NCBI RefSeq assembly: GCF_009914755.1
Contig: NC_060928.1
DNA from: the human T2T-CHM13v2.0 reference genome, Homo sapiens
Strand: one strand, 5' to 3'
Length of the DNA: 64,000 nt
Made by a program: the position numbers and the translations under genes. Numbering within the stretch: the first letter of the stretch is position 1; every line of letters starts with the position of its first letter. This document shows positions 29,615 to 43,772 of this stretch, piece by piece. The notes under the pieces were generated by a model, which saw only the letters and a list, made by a program, of their open reading frames with translations, was not told the DNA's origin and did not search any database.

Positions 29615-31420
29615 AAATTATTATTAGACTACAGTAATCAAAACAATACAGAATTAGCATGATGTGACAGACAAGTCAATTGAACAAAATACTGAATCTA
29701 GAAACAGATACGGTCAATTGAATTTCAACAAAGGGATGAAGGCAATGAAATGGAGAAATAATGACCTTAGGAAAAAATGAGACTTTAATCTTCGAATAGT
29801 CATGCAAAAACAATTTGAGACTTAAATGTAAAATATAAAACTATAGAGAATGTTGAATAATATATACATGATCTTGGGTTAGGCAGAAAAATTTTCAGTC
29901 AAAAAAGCACACATAATAAAATAAATTTAATTTATAAGTTGTACTTTTATCAAAATTAAAAATATCTGCTGTTCAAAGGACATTTTAAATAAATCAAAAT
30001 TATGTGCCATGAATTAGATGAAAATATGGGCAAAAATATGGGCAAAATACATATCTGATAAGTCTGTTATTAAGAGTCTATATGTATTAGTCTGTTCTCA
30101 CACTGCATAAATTACCCTGTCTCAGGTATCTCACATAAAGATAAATTACCCAGTCTTGGGTATCTCACATAAAGATACCCGAGACTGGGTAATTTATAAA
30201 GAAAAAGAGGTTTAATGGACTTACAGTTCCAAACAGCTGGGGAGTCCTCACCATCGTGGTGGAAGGCAAATGAGGGTCAAAGTCACATCCTACATGGTGG
30301 CAGGCAAGAGAGCTTGTTTGGAGGAACTCCCCTTTATAAAACTATCAGATCTCCTGAGACTCATTCACCTTCATGAGAATAGCACAGGAATGACTCTCCC
30401 CATTATTTAATTACCTCTCACAGTGTCCCTCCCACAACATGTGGGAATTATGGGAGCTACAATTCAAGGTGAAATTTGGGTGGGGACACAGCCAAACCAA
30501 ATCAATATAAATAGCACTTCAAACACAATAATAATGAGACAGACAACCTACTTTGAAAAATAGAAAAATTCCTTAAAAGATGCATTACCAGAGAATATAT
30601 ATGAATGCCAAACAAGCATATGAAAAGATGTTTAACATCATTACATTTTAGTGAAATGCAAATAAAAACCATAATGAGATCCTGCTATGCACTTACTGGA
30701 ATGGCAATAAAAGAAAAAGAGGAGGATGAGGAGGAGATATCACAAAATTGTGATGATACCGTCCAGCCATAGAACTCTCATGAATTGCTGGTGAGAATAC
30801 GAAATTGTCCAGTGACTGCGTAAAACATTATGACAGTTCGTCACAATGCTAACTACTTACTAATCACATTACTCAGCCTGATGGGCTTTTAGGTAATTAT
30901 CTTATAGGAATGAAATATATGTCCTTGCAAGCATCTGTACACAGGTGTTTACAACAGCTTTATTCAAAATTGTCCAAAAGTGGAAACAACCCCTACTCCT
31001 ATTAAGTAGCGAACAGACAGACAATTTATGGCCCACTCATACAATGGAACACTCACTACTGAACAATAGGAAGCATGAAGCTCTGATAGAAGCACAGGAT
31101 ATGTCTAAACATCAAAATCATCAAGCTAAGTGACAGAAGAAAGACACAAAAGCTGTATCATGTACAATCCAATTTATCTGGCGTCCTAGAAAATTAAAAG
31201 TAAAACACCTATGTGGATGGAAATCTAATCAGTAGTCACCAAGGGTCAGGATGATGGGAGGAGAGAACACATATCAGAAGGGAACTTACGAGGATGATGT
31301 AAAAAAATCTCTATCTTGATGGTGGTGGTAATCAAAGGGCTGCAAATGTCTCTAAAACCTGAACAAACTGTAAACTTCAATATAACTTTTATTGTAGAAA
31401 GTAAGTTTGAATTTAAAAAA
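29615..31420 (+). mobile_element. Old L1 (L1MD/ME-like) 3' region, interrupted by THE1
   Basis: ctacagtaatcaaaaca.., aagcatatgaaaagatg..aaatgcaaataaaaacca; ORF 30945-31133 MFTTALFKIVQKWKQP resembles the ORF2 C-terminus. Confidence 0.8.
30083..30504 (-). mobile_element. THE1 (THE1B/C-like) solo LTR carrying an internal fold-back duplication
   Basis: tgtattagtctgttctcacactgc ... gggtggggacacagccaaaccaaatca; near-TSD ctata/atata. Confidence 0.93.
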
Positions 31421-31503
31421 TAGTTTGGAACAAAAGTTAAACATGTTAGAAAGGTATGAGGAAGTGATTAATATCTTGTAAGAAAAAAACTGAGTCCTTG
31501 TTA

Positions 31504-32040
<537 letters not shown>

Positions 32041-34114
32041 TCAACAGTGACTTAGAAGATAGACTAAGTAGAATTTGCCAACTCAATATGTATCATTTTA
32101 TAAGTGAAAAACTCAAGACTTCTTCCAGCATATCCAATTTTGGAGTATAATCCTAAAGATCAGAGCTACAGAGGGCACCTTGGGAGAAAAATAAATTCAA
32201 TTTGGACATGATAACACCTTCCATAGCCTTTTTTTTTTCATTATAGATTAAACAATTCTGAGTTGTTCTGTACTTTCTATTATTTTGGTCACATGAACAA
32301 GATATAGTTTTCTGTTGTTAGCAGATACTGGGATTTGATAAATGTTATATGGTTTTGTTACTGTGGTGGGTAAAATTCTGAAAAATATCCAGCACACCTT
32401 TAGTATTCATTCCCAAACTAACCCAGCCTAAAATCAAATACCAGAAGCCATGCAATCCCTCTCCATAACAGGCTACTTGTACTCCTATGTAAACTCTCCT
32501 AATCATAATTCTTCACTTTCTCCCTTTGGCTGGCTGTGTACTCCATATTGTGTTTCAGCCTCTTGAAATACAGTGCCATTTTTTTCTTTCTGACAAAGTA
32601 GCATTTGGAAACACTAACATATTAACATTCTGGTCAAGAAAACATCTGTACAGTTTCTGATACTCTTTCATTTTCCCTTTGCTCCCTCCGCATGCACTGG
32701 ATAAAGGCAAGTTTGCATCTATAAAGATGATCATTTTATCATTTAATGAATAATGAAAACAGAAACCTGATGAATATTGAAAAAGTATTTTCTCATTGAA
32801 ATTAAAATTTAAAGTATTTGAAATTATAGAAACAAAGTGACTCTATTAGGATGCGTGATATCAAAAAGTTACATTTAGATTAAAATATACAAACTACGAG
32901 CATATACACTGACCAAAAGAAGCTTATAAAAGAGTCTTGCTTGAGTAGGTTATTTGCAGTCTGTTTGATTGTGGACGTCTCTCTAAATGTGGTCTTAGTT
33001 GCTTTCATCAATGGTGGCTGAAACAAATCTCAGGTTTGGTATTTTAGTGTATCAACAGAAGTGAAATTCAATTTATGTGGAATAAATTGCTTTTTTATTG
33101 GCTTCCTATCGTAAACTTCTAATTGCAAAGACTTCCCTTGCAAGGTGGCCCAAGGGTGTATCTGTGCATCTCTTATTTGTTAGACAATGGGAACTGCTAC
33201 ATAGACATTTCCAATAAACCTCTTCTGCCCCAATATTTGTCTCACCCAACTATCTTAACAACCATCTCTTTCCTTTCCTAGAATTTCACTCTTCAAATAT
33301 GTCCTTAGAGTTTATAGAAAACCTGAGAGAGACTATCTTGGTGTAGACTCCATTTGCTACTAAAAAAAAAGTATGAAATTACAAGATTCCGATAAAATGA
33401 AATACAAAACATTCTTTTTAAGAATGAAGATAAAATAATAAAAGTACGGAAAGCATAGAATGGAGGCATCCAGCATAGCTAGTATGAGGGAAGGCACGAC
33501 TAAAGTGAAATGTGTTAGTAGAGCCTAGTGTTCTGGCAATCGCAAGAAAAACATGAATCTATTGGGTCGGCAAAGTCAGGTTTAGACAAAAGCCATCTGG
33601 ATACAGTTCCAAAGAAAGTATTTCAAATGGAAAGGCATTAGGAAAAACACATTAAAACTCAGTAATGGATAGGACTGGGTTTGAGTGAAAAGAGAAGGCG
33701 GAGAAGGAAGAGTGACTTACCCAGCTTCACTGTGCCACCTGGGAGGTGTAGAAGGGTATTTATATATTTTAGCTGCATAGGCTATTGGCATTAATATTGA
33801 TTATATAAAAGTTTGTTATTCAAACAAAATTGTCATCCCCTATCTACTTCTCTCATTCTCTGCTAAGAATCTGCATCTCCTCAAAACAGAGCACTCTTGA
33901 ATGGAAATACTTTTGCCTACAGATTTTTCTACTGTTCTTCATATTTGGTTGTGTGTGTTTGTTTTAACAAAATTCACCAATTTAAAAAAATCTTCTTAGT
34001 TTCAAATTTCTCTTATGGGAACTCTGAATCCTCACTAACAGATACAATGACAGGTTGGATATTGGGATAATTAATGCTGAGCATATTGATAGTGCTGTAA
34101 ATCTTAGGATATTA

Positions 34115-34438
<324 letters not shown>

Positions 34439-35070
34439 TCATGTGGATAAAAACAAAGAAACAAAACAGCAGAAATCTCTCTTCTCTCTCGGTGACTCTG
34501 TTGTTATTGGAGACAAAATGAAAAGTACTGTAGAATTGGAGCCTACATATTTTTAATGAAGTTCTGTTTCTTGGATCCAGGAGATAAATTGAGCATAGCA
34601 TGAAGAATGGTGAATTATTAGTGATTTATAAAATGTTATAGGATCCTTCCAGTCATGAGGTTTCTCTCATGTCCCCAAGAAGCCATGACGGCTATGAAAA
34701 AGCAGTCATGGTGGTAAAATTGTCAGTGTATGGTAGCCACAGCTTAGAACTCAGTGAAACTTAGTGCAATTTAGTATTGATGTCAGGGGGCAACTTCCTT
34801 CAGTGTGAATCAGTTGATCCAATTAAAAAGAGGTGATATGATTCCCAGTTGTCAGGCACCAGTTCGGTTACTTGAATGCATAAAACAGAATGTTTGAAAA
34901 CAGAATGAAACTCATTTCTTCCTTAATTGTTAAAGTCACACACTAGTCATGCACTAAAGTAAGTTTCCAGAGACATTTAGCTGTGGGGAGACTGCTCATT
35001 TATTTATACATTGCTATTTTTGATGTAATCATTTAGAGATATTTTTTCTACCAGAATTAGGTAGATAACT

Positions 35071-35617
35071 TGTGATGGTTAATACTGTCAACTTGACTGG
35101 ATTAAAGGATGCAAAGTCTTCTTCCCGGGTGTATCTGTGAGGGTGTTGCCAAAGGAGATTGACATTTGAATCAGTGAACTAGGAGAGGCAGACCCACCCT
35201 CAATCTGGATGGGCATCATCTAATCAATGGCCACCGTGGCTAGCCTAAAGCAGGCAGAAGAAATCGGAATGAGACTTGACTCGGTGAGTCTTCCAGCCTT
35301 CATCTTTCTCCTGTGCTGGATGCTTCCTGCCCTCAAACATCGGACTCCAAGTTCTTCAGCTTTTGGATTCTTGGGCTTACACCAGTGGTTTGTCAGAGGT
35401 TCTTGGGCCTTCAGCCACAGACTGAAGGCTGCACTGATGGCTTCCTTGCTTTTGAGGTTTTGGGACTCGGACTGGCTTCCTTGCCACTCAGCTTGCAGAC
35501 GACCTATAGTGGGACTGCGTCCTATGATCATATGAGTCAATACTTCTTAATAAACCCCTTTTCCTATATACATCTGTCCTATTAGTCCTGTCCCTTTAGA
35601 GAACCCTGACTAATACA
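35071..35617 (+). mobile_element. MLT2A2-like (ERVL) solo LTR
   Basis: tgtgatggttaatactgtcaacttga ... gagaaccctgactaataca, 547 bp; near-TSD taact/taatt. Confidence 0.92.
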
Positions 35618-37273
35618 TAATTCTATTATATTGAGGATAAATATGGACTTCTTATCAACTTATATTTTCTTGGCATTTTTATTCATATGATATATGCATG
35701 TGACATAATTCTTAGATAATGAATTTTTCCTAGAATGTACAATACAGACTTCACCTTACTCTTTCCTTAAGGGCAGGCGGTTAGGTTTCGGGGGAAGAAA
35801 AAAGATTAAGTTTGGTTTAAATCCTTGAGAGTCTTTATAATAATTTTTAGACACTCTGAAATAAATATAAAATACATTTTTATAAAGAAAAATCTCCAAA
35901 TTATTTTTGCAATTAGCTACCTTGGGCTAAATAAAGCAATGTTAGGCTGTCTATTAGAATTATTTTTTGTAGATAATTTTTTCTATTTGAGAAAGAGAAT
36001 AATCTATGGCCCAAATAACATTCAGAGTTTAATTAAAATGAGTACATTTTAACTTAAAACACATTCTGAATCAAATATAGCATTCTGGGGGGCAACATAA
36101 CCCAATCGTATGATAAGATTTGTTAAAATTGTGTCTCTAAATAAGATTTATCCATAGTAGTTAGATTCTACTCTCCTTTGTTTTGATTTTTCACAATCTG
36201 TAAGTAATAAGTTCTTCTCTACAAGAGCTTTCTCAAATGCTACTTTGGTTTTAGAACAATGGCTTACGAACTGAATTTTTCCCCACTATGCAAAAGTGGG
36301 CTTATATGTGTGCATGTATTGTGGATGACACTATAAACTAAGTAATTCTTTGTCACAGAATGGAGCTTTATTAGTTGGAGTTCTTTCTACCCTGTTAGGA
36401 TTATTCTATGGGATCCAATATTCTCTTCTACCTCTCTCTGGGATTGGAAACGCAGGGAACAACTCATGCATCGGAATCAAGATTCAGTAAAGCTACCAAT
36501 GTTCTATCTGCCCAAAGCACTTCTCTCTTAATAAGAAGCATGAATAGATTGGGAAAATTCTTCTGTCCTGGAGCATGAGCAGCAAAATGGAGAGATGTAC
36601 GTTTGGCTTCATGTTTATCCTTTCAAAGTGATCATGTACTCATCAACTACCATCTTTCCCGCATTTAGTCTCTGTGATAAAAAGTACACAATTTTTTTGG
36701 ATCATGAAGATGGTCTAGAAATAACTGTGGTGAGAATCTACTATTAAGAGTAACTCCGAGAAGTCATCTTACAATACGATGGCATTTTATGCAAGTTAAA
36801 TTTATATAAATGGTCACCGCAACCATTTGCCTATCACTTTCCTGGTCTTACTGAAAACTTTGTGAGACACCAATTTACTCTCAAGGAGATAGTGGTAAAT
36901 TTGTTTGTTTATTTCATACACAAGGCAATCTTTTATGTGTCTAATACTCCTTCAAATGATCATTAATGCTTTTGTTTATTTAAATTACCTGGCTGGAAAC
37001 TCCTGAGCATCTTCTGAATCTTGCTTTCAGTTATGGTCTCAAAGATGCTGAGTAATTTTGGTGGTGATAAAAACAGTGTTGTTTTCCCTTAATCAGACCG
37101 AATACCCATAGTTACAGTACTATTCTACGCATGAGGACATATAGCCAGAACTTTTCATTTTACATATATTTTCAATCAGTCCCTAATCAGATATGTCATC
37201 TCAATATGGGGCTGTGTGGATGTGTTGACTATGAACTTTAGATTTATTCCTAATATTTTATTGCAAATATCTT

Positions 37274-38529
37274 AAAATTCCAAACAAAAAATTATTATAT
37301 TTTCCTTTTGTGTTTTATCTATTACATCACAGAAAATGTTTGTATATCTCAATATATATTTATCAAAAAGTTAAAGACATGACTGCATGTATTTGTTTTC
37401 CCATTTGTATAATTACTGACCAATTCCTTCTTTTTCTCATTACTCCCTGGTGAGGAAGATCAGCCCTTTCCAAACCAACTCAAGTTTATACCACATATGC
37501 AAAAATGTAAAGTAACTGTTCTCTAGGCCACTTTTCCATTTGTTCTTCTTAACAAATATTTCGACTCACTTATCTTCCAAATATATCTAAATTACTTTAC
37601 AGATATATTATACTTCACATTGTTTATGGTGATTTTCCCTATTTTGAAAATCTATATTTAAATCTTTTCAAATGCGTATGTTTCAAATATGTTGCTTCCA
37701 TTTTCAAGTATGTATATAAATCCTTTTGCAAACATAATTATGATCTTTTTTCTAACAAATTCTTCTTTTTCCTTTATATCCTAAAATAGATTCTGAAAAT
37801 GGACTAGTGGGGTATGTGTGTGAAGAGGAGGGTCTTAGATTAAATTCGGGCACTTACACAAATTCTGTGAAATCTATGTGTACTGCGTTGTGGCTGATGA
37901 CAAATCTCACCCATTTTTTCCTGCATGCATATCTTGAGGAAAATATAAGAGCTACACTAAAAAAACAAAACAAAACAAAGCAAGCAAAACACGCACTCAT
38001 TGGATTTTCTGACAATTTACATACCTAAAATTCTGCTTCTTGTAAAGTAAACATAAGTAAATTTTTATATGCTAGAATTTTTCACAAAGGAATACATTTT
38101 TTGAGCGGTAGTTTTCTGTTATGACTTCTTTAATCACAAGGGAAAGTTACGTTCTTATTTGTAGTAAAATATTAACAAGGATAGGTACATGACTTAGCTG
38201 TCACTGCAATAATAAATAAGCTAGAACTGAAAAATTTTAAAATCAAATGGCTTTTCTCTTTGAAAACTATGCACTCATGCACAAACATGTCACAAACACA
38301 ATCTTGGTCATTTTACCTTATTATAAGCAATATAATAAAGGTTGGTATAGGCTAGCCAAATCATATGTTTATGCAGTAATTCTTGGCAGGATAGGAAAGA
38401 AAAGTTCCAAACAAAAAGTATTATGATATTTTCGCTCTGTGTCTTACTACCTATTACATTACATCTATATGTTAATTGGAAAATGTTTGTATGTCTGTTA
38501 ATATATATTCATCAAAAAGTTAAAGACAT
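37274..38529 (+). repeat. Diverged direct duplication: 37274-37380 and 38400-38529
   Basis: Shared ttccaaacaaaaa, ctattacat, gaaaatgtttgtat, aatatatatt and atcaaaaagttaaagacat in the same order. Confidence 0.9.
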
Positions 38530-39195
38530 TTCTCTTGTAAAAATATAAAATAAATATATAAAATACAATAAAATATAATAAAAATGTAAAATAAATATAT
38601 ATCAGCAATTTCATTTAACCTACTGATTCGTGAAGGAACTAGAAAGATAGTAAGTCTTGTTCAAAGAGCACGTGATGAGCCGAGCATTTATGGGCAGTTA
38701 ATAAAGCAATGTTAGAATGAGGTTGCTATGTGAGATGTAAAATTGCTTAATATTCTGCAGGACAAAAACTATAATCTTTAGAGTTATCTTTTCTACTCAG
38801 AATCATTCTGTAACTTCATTAGTCAATAGGAAACAATGAGTCAAACACACTACATTGTCTAAAATAACGCTTGGGTAAACTATTTAAACAATGTCTTCAT
38901 ATGGTATGAATCAATATGTTTACAAACACTTGTTTTATTTTTAAGTTTACAATAAAATTAGTTTAACAGAATATATGTATTGGCCTTTACTATTTAAAGT
39001 TATTATATAATATTTAATAAATTCACATATATAGATTTAGATATAGATAAGTATGAAACATGGATAAATTATGAATTATGTTATAAAGATTAAACAGACC
39101 ACCCAATTTACAAATATTCATGCTATAAATATCCTTGGGTCATCTCTGGTTTCTTTAAATCCTAAGGCTTGAAAATTTAAATTTTCCTTTGTTTC

Positions 39196-39899
39196 CGTAT
39201 TATTAGTCAGGGTTCTCCAGAAAAACATATATATTTATATATACATAAAACCTATTTCTGTATAAGACCAGAGATAGAACCATGGCTAGTCAGAGCCTTA
39301 TGTAGCTGATAATAACCTCCACAAGAGAAAGGTAGGAGGAGAGCAAAGAAATTCAAAAAATTAACAACACCCTTACAGACAAAATATAGATTAGATATTG
39401 CATATGAGAGTAAAAGCAAGAGGGAGGACAGAAACAAAATTGTGCGTGTGTGAGTGTATGTGTGTGTATGAAGAAGCTTATTTTGAAGACTGAGCCCATG
39501 TGACTATGGAGACTAAGAAGTCCTCAATCCTCCAATGGCAAGCTGGAGACCCAGGAAAGAAAGTGCTGTAATTTCAGTTTGAGCCTGACGGCCTGAGAAC
39601 TGGGGAAGCTGATTGTGTAAATTCCAGCCCAAGGGCAGGAGAAAATTGATATCTCAGCTCAAGCATTCAGTCAGTAACAAAAAGGACAAGTTCATTCTTC
39701 CACTGCCTTTGTTTCTATGTGGGCCTTCAATGGATTGGATGATGCCCATCCACATTGGGCAGGGCAAATTATTTTACTGAGTCCACAGATTCAAATGCCA
39801 ACATCATCTGGAAATACCTTCCCTGACATATCTAGAAATAGCCTTTAATCTGGGCACCCCTTGGTCCAGTAAAGTTGACACATAAAATCATCCGTCACC
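39196..39899 (-). mobile_element. MLT2B-like (ERVL) solo LTR containing a non-LTR insert
   Basis: tattagtcagggttctccaga ... gcaagctggagacccaggaaag ... aagttgacacataaaat..tcac. Confidence 0.88.
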
Positions 39900-40563
39900 A
39901 TTCCTATTAGATTCCCAAGGAATTTCTATTTAATGAATTTAATTTCTGCATTATTATTCTTGCTTTACTTGAACACATCAAGCTTGTTCCCTCATCACTG
40001 TTGTGCATTTGCAATTTCTTCTGCCTGTAACTCTCTTTCTCTAGGTCTTCTAATGGCTTTCTTCTCTTCAATTGGGTCTCAGTTAAAAATATCTGCTTAG
40101 AGAGGACTTTTCTTACCAGTCTCTACCTCTAGAGCTCTATTGTATTTCCTTCATACCTTCTAAAATTGCTTCGTGTATTTATTAATATTAAGTTCCTCTT
40201 TCACCCCACAAAAGTATAAATTCTGGGAGGATTGGGATTTGCCTTGGCTCTTTTATTTCTGTGTTTTCAGCATGTAGAATAGATACTGGGATTTGGTGGA
40301 AACCCAGTGATATCTTTTGATTAAATAAAAGCTTTGTTTGTTTTGTTATATTCTACTCTGAAAAACCTGAAGGACCAGAGGTAGATCCATGGATAGTCAG
40401 AGCCTTATGTAGCTGATACAACCTCTACAAGAGAAAGGTAGGAGAAATTCGACCTTTCTCTGCTTTGAAGCAGAAAAATTCAAAAATTGGTAATACCCTT
40501 AAAGACAAAAAGTAGGTGTTGTATGTGAGAGTAAAAGCAAAAGAGAGATCAGAAATAAAATTG
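39266..40563 (+). repeat. Diverged direct duplication: 39266-39442 and 40373-40563
   Basis: Identical 25-mer tagtcagagccttatgtagctgata plus acaagagaaaggtaggag, aaattcaaaaa and tgagagtaaaagcaa, all colinear. Confidence 0.95.
39955..40330 (+). mobile_element. L2 3' fragment
   Basis: gaacacatcaagcttgttccc..catttgcaatttcttctgcctgtaactctctt..gggtctcagttaaaaat. Confidence 0.65.
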
Positions 40564-40579
40564 AATATATGTATATATG

Positions 40580-40865
40580 TTTCTATTTTATCTTATTTTA
40601 TATTCAGGGGGTGCATGTGCAGGTTTGTTACATGGGTATAGTGCAAACTGCTGAGGTTTGGGCTTCTAATGATCCTGTTGCTCAAGAAGTGAACACAGTA
40701 CCAATTAGGTAGTTTTTCAACCCTTACCCTGTCTGTCTCTCTTCCCTTTTAGAGTCCTCAGAGTCTATTGTTCCCATCTTTATGTTCATGTGTACTGAGT
40801 ATTTCTTTCGCTCCCACTTATAACAACAAGTGGTATTTGGTTTTCTGTTTCTGCATTAATTTGCC
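40580..40865 (-). mobile_element. L1PA16/L1PB4-like 3' end
   Basis: ttcagggggtgcatgtgcaggtttgttacatgggtata..gctgaggtttgggcttctaatgatcc. Confidence 0.88.
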
Positions 40866-42826
40866 AAGATATATATCTAACATGGAAAGATGGATGGCAT
40901 GACAGGAGTAATGGGATAATTCAATTTAGTAAGTATTTTTCTCATTTATTATGTATAACTGATTGGTTAATACTGAGATATTATTTGGGGTGATGTTTCC
41001 AATCTATACGCCTTCACAATCATTCTCAATCTAGCTGTATGTTTTTTTCCATTGGATTCTTCTTTGTTGCTTTTCCTTGTAGCAACACTGAAATACTTGA
41101 AACAATTGCATTAAAAAAGTGAAACAGATAATTTTATGACTTTTTAATATCATGAATCTTGAAAATGAGCCAATATTTATAATTCAAGCTAGCTATGTGG
41201 CTAGTAAAATATTTGACTCAGTAAAATATGCTGATTGGTAAATATCAAACTTCTTCCCAAGGTATTTGTTCATTTCTCAGATCTCTAGTTTAGAGTAACA
41301 TTCAATAGTTACTCTGTTGTTGAAGTTATAATATTTTATTGTGTGCTCTTGTGTGCTTTAAATTTGCAAATCTCCACTTACCTCTAAGATGATTAAGGGA
41401 ACAACTACATTACCAATTCCTTACTATTCAATAACTACTGCTATGCAATAACTACTAACCAAGATATACATAGAAGAGATTAACCTGTGTCAAAGACTTG
41501 GAATATATTTCTATGCAGGAGAAACAGTCAGTCATTCAGTGACCATTCTGTAGTCTTGAATTGAATGCATGCTGCATCTTATTTTAGGATAAAAGCTAAA
41601 GTCACTTTTGAAAATAGCAGTTTCCCCACTCATATGGAACTCTTATCCTAAATAAGTCTTATTTTGTGAAGAAAATCATATGATCTGTTTACTAAAAAAG
41701 ACAAAAATAATAAAAAATATACTTCACATTTAATAATAATTTATTCTAACACAGGTATTATTGAGTTTTTAAAAATTATTTTGTGTATATATTTATGTTT
41801 AAAATAGTTACAGATATATTAGAATGATTTAATCAGTTATTTTGTGGATTTTAGCTGAAAAAATTTGGAAGTTTGTGTATATTTTAAATTTTAACTTAAT
41901 TGTTAATATAAAATATTTTCCTAATAATAATGATCATATCCTTCCTAATATAATTTTCACTAGATAATTATCACAGAATTGATGACAAAGCTGAAAATTT
42001 CCCACAACTGCTGGATATTGTCAGCAGGAATGGCAGTCATGCAACATATAAACACATTGTATCCATCTTTCTGTGTAATTACCAGAGTTTCTTTTTCTCC
42101 ATAATGATATTTTCAAACGGTAACCAAACTAATAAATTACATGTTCCATATAATTAATAATATTTGTAAGTAACATTTTCATAATAACAATCATTTTATT
42201 TTTGTAAGGAATATAATGAATTAGCAACTTATGTGTATTAATGTATGCTCAGTGGAGGGGATCACAGGAGTTTACTTGATTTAATAGAAATTATACTATA
42301 AAATGTGTGATTTTCTTTGGCTTAAGTTATACACTCCCCGAGACATTCATGTGTAAGTGGTTCCATGATTCCTATTAGGCATTTAAGCAAGAAGCAATGA
42401 CCTACTGAGTTTACGAAATTAATTCAGTGACACAGCAGGGAAAGAGGAAAAACAACAACAATAACAAACCCTGCCTCATCAGGGTTCATCTGTAATTTCT
42501 CAGTACCAGTATGCTCAGTTTCTTATTAAATGATAACAGTTCCTACCAAGGAAACATGGACCATATTAGAACAATCACATTAGCAGTTTTCTCTCTAGAA
42601 AAGGATACTGTTCTCGTTGATTCTTGATTCTTAACATTTTCCAATTAACCGATCTTAGGCTTTATATTGTCATGTGTTCCTCACATTTTTTTGTATGTAA
42701 AACTCAGTGTACCTTATTTCAAAGTGTCCAGATATTTTGTCTTAATGTTTTAAGTTTTAAGTGGTACATACTCACACATACACATGACTTCTTACATAAA
42801 TGTCATTCAAAACAAGGCAGAGAGAA

Positions 42827-43150
42827 GGCCAGATGTGGTGGCTCACACCTGTAATCCCAGCACTTTGGGAGGCTCAGGTGGGCATATCACTTGAAGTCAT
42901 GTGTTTGAGACCAGCCTGGCCAACATGGTGAAACCCTGTCTCTACTAAAAATACAAAAATTAGTCAGGCGCGGTGGCATTTGCCTGTAATCTCAGCTACT
43001 CGGGAGGCTGAGGCAAGAGAATCACTTGAACCAGAAGGTGGAGGTTGCAGTGAGCCGAGATCACACCACTGCACTCCAGCCTGGGCGACAGAGTGAGACT
43101 CAGTTAAAAAAACAAATGAACAAACAAACAAAACAACAACAGCAACAAAA
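42827..43150 (+). mobile_element. Alu (AluS)
   Basis: Full dimer, (AAC)-rich tail, flanks aaaacaagg(c/g)agagaga. Confidence 0.95.
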
Positions 43151-43452
43151 ACAAGGGAGAGAGAGAGAAAAAAATGTGGTATAGCGAAAAGACTACCAGG
43201 CAGTAGATCATGAATATTACTTCACATGTATATTCCGCGAGCAAAACTGATGATTTCTAAAACCACATCACTTAAAGATTTTATTATCTATATCCTGTCT
43301 ATTTTCAAGGGTTACATTTACAAGTTACCTATAGCCCCAGGTAGCACAGCCCCAGGATTTGATATCTGATATACTTAAATGATTAAGCAGAAATGTATTT
43401 TTTGTTTTATGACCAAAAATATCTGGGTAATTTTTTAAAATGTGAGCATGTT

Positions 43453-43772
43453 GGCTGGGCACGGTGGCTCACATCTATAATCCAAGCACTTTGGGAGGCC
43501 AAGGCTGGCAGACCACTTGAGGTCAGGAGTTCGAGACCAGCATGGCCCACGTGGTAAAACCCTGTCTCTACTAAAAATACAAAAATTAGCTGGGCATGGT
43601 GGCGGGCACTTGCAATCCCAGCTACTCAGGAGACTGAGACAGGAGAATCACTTCAACCCGGGAGGCGGAGGTTGCAGTGAGCCAAGATGGCACCACTGCA
43701 TTCCAGCCTGGGCAACAAGAGTGAAATTCTGTCTCAATAAATAAATGAATAAATAAATAAGTAAATAAATAA
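43453..43772 (+). mobile_element. Alu (AluSq-like)
   Basis: Full dimer, gggcaacaagagtgaaa end, (AAAT)n tail. Confidence 0.95.
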
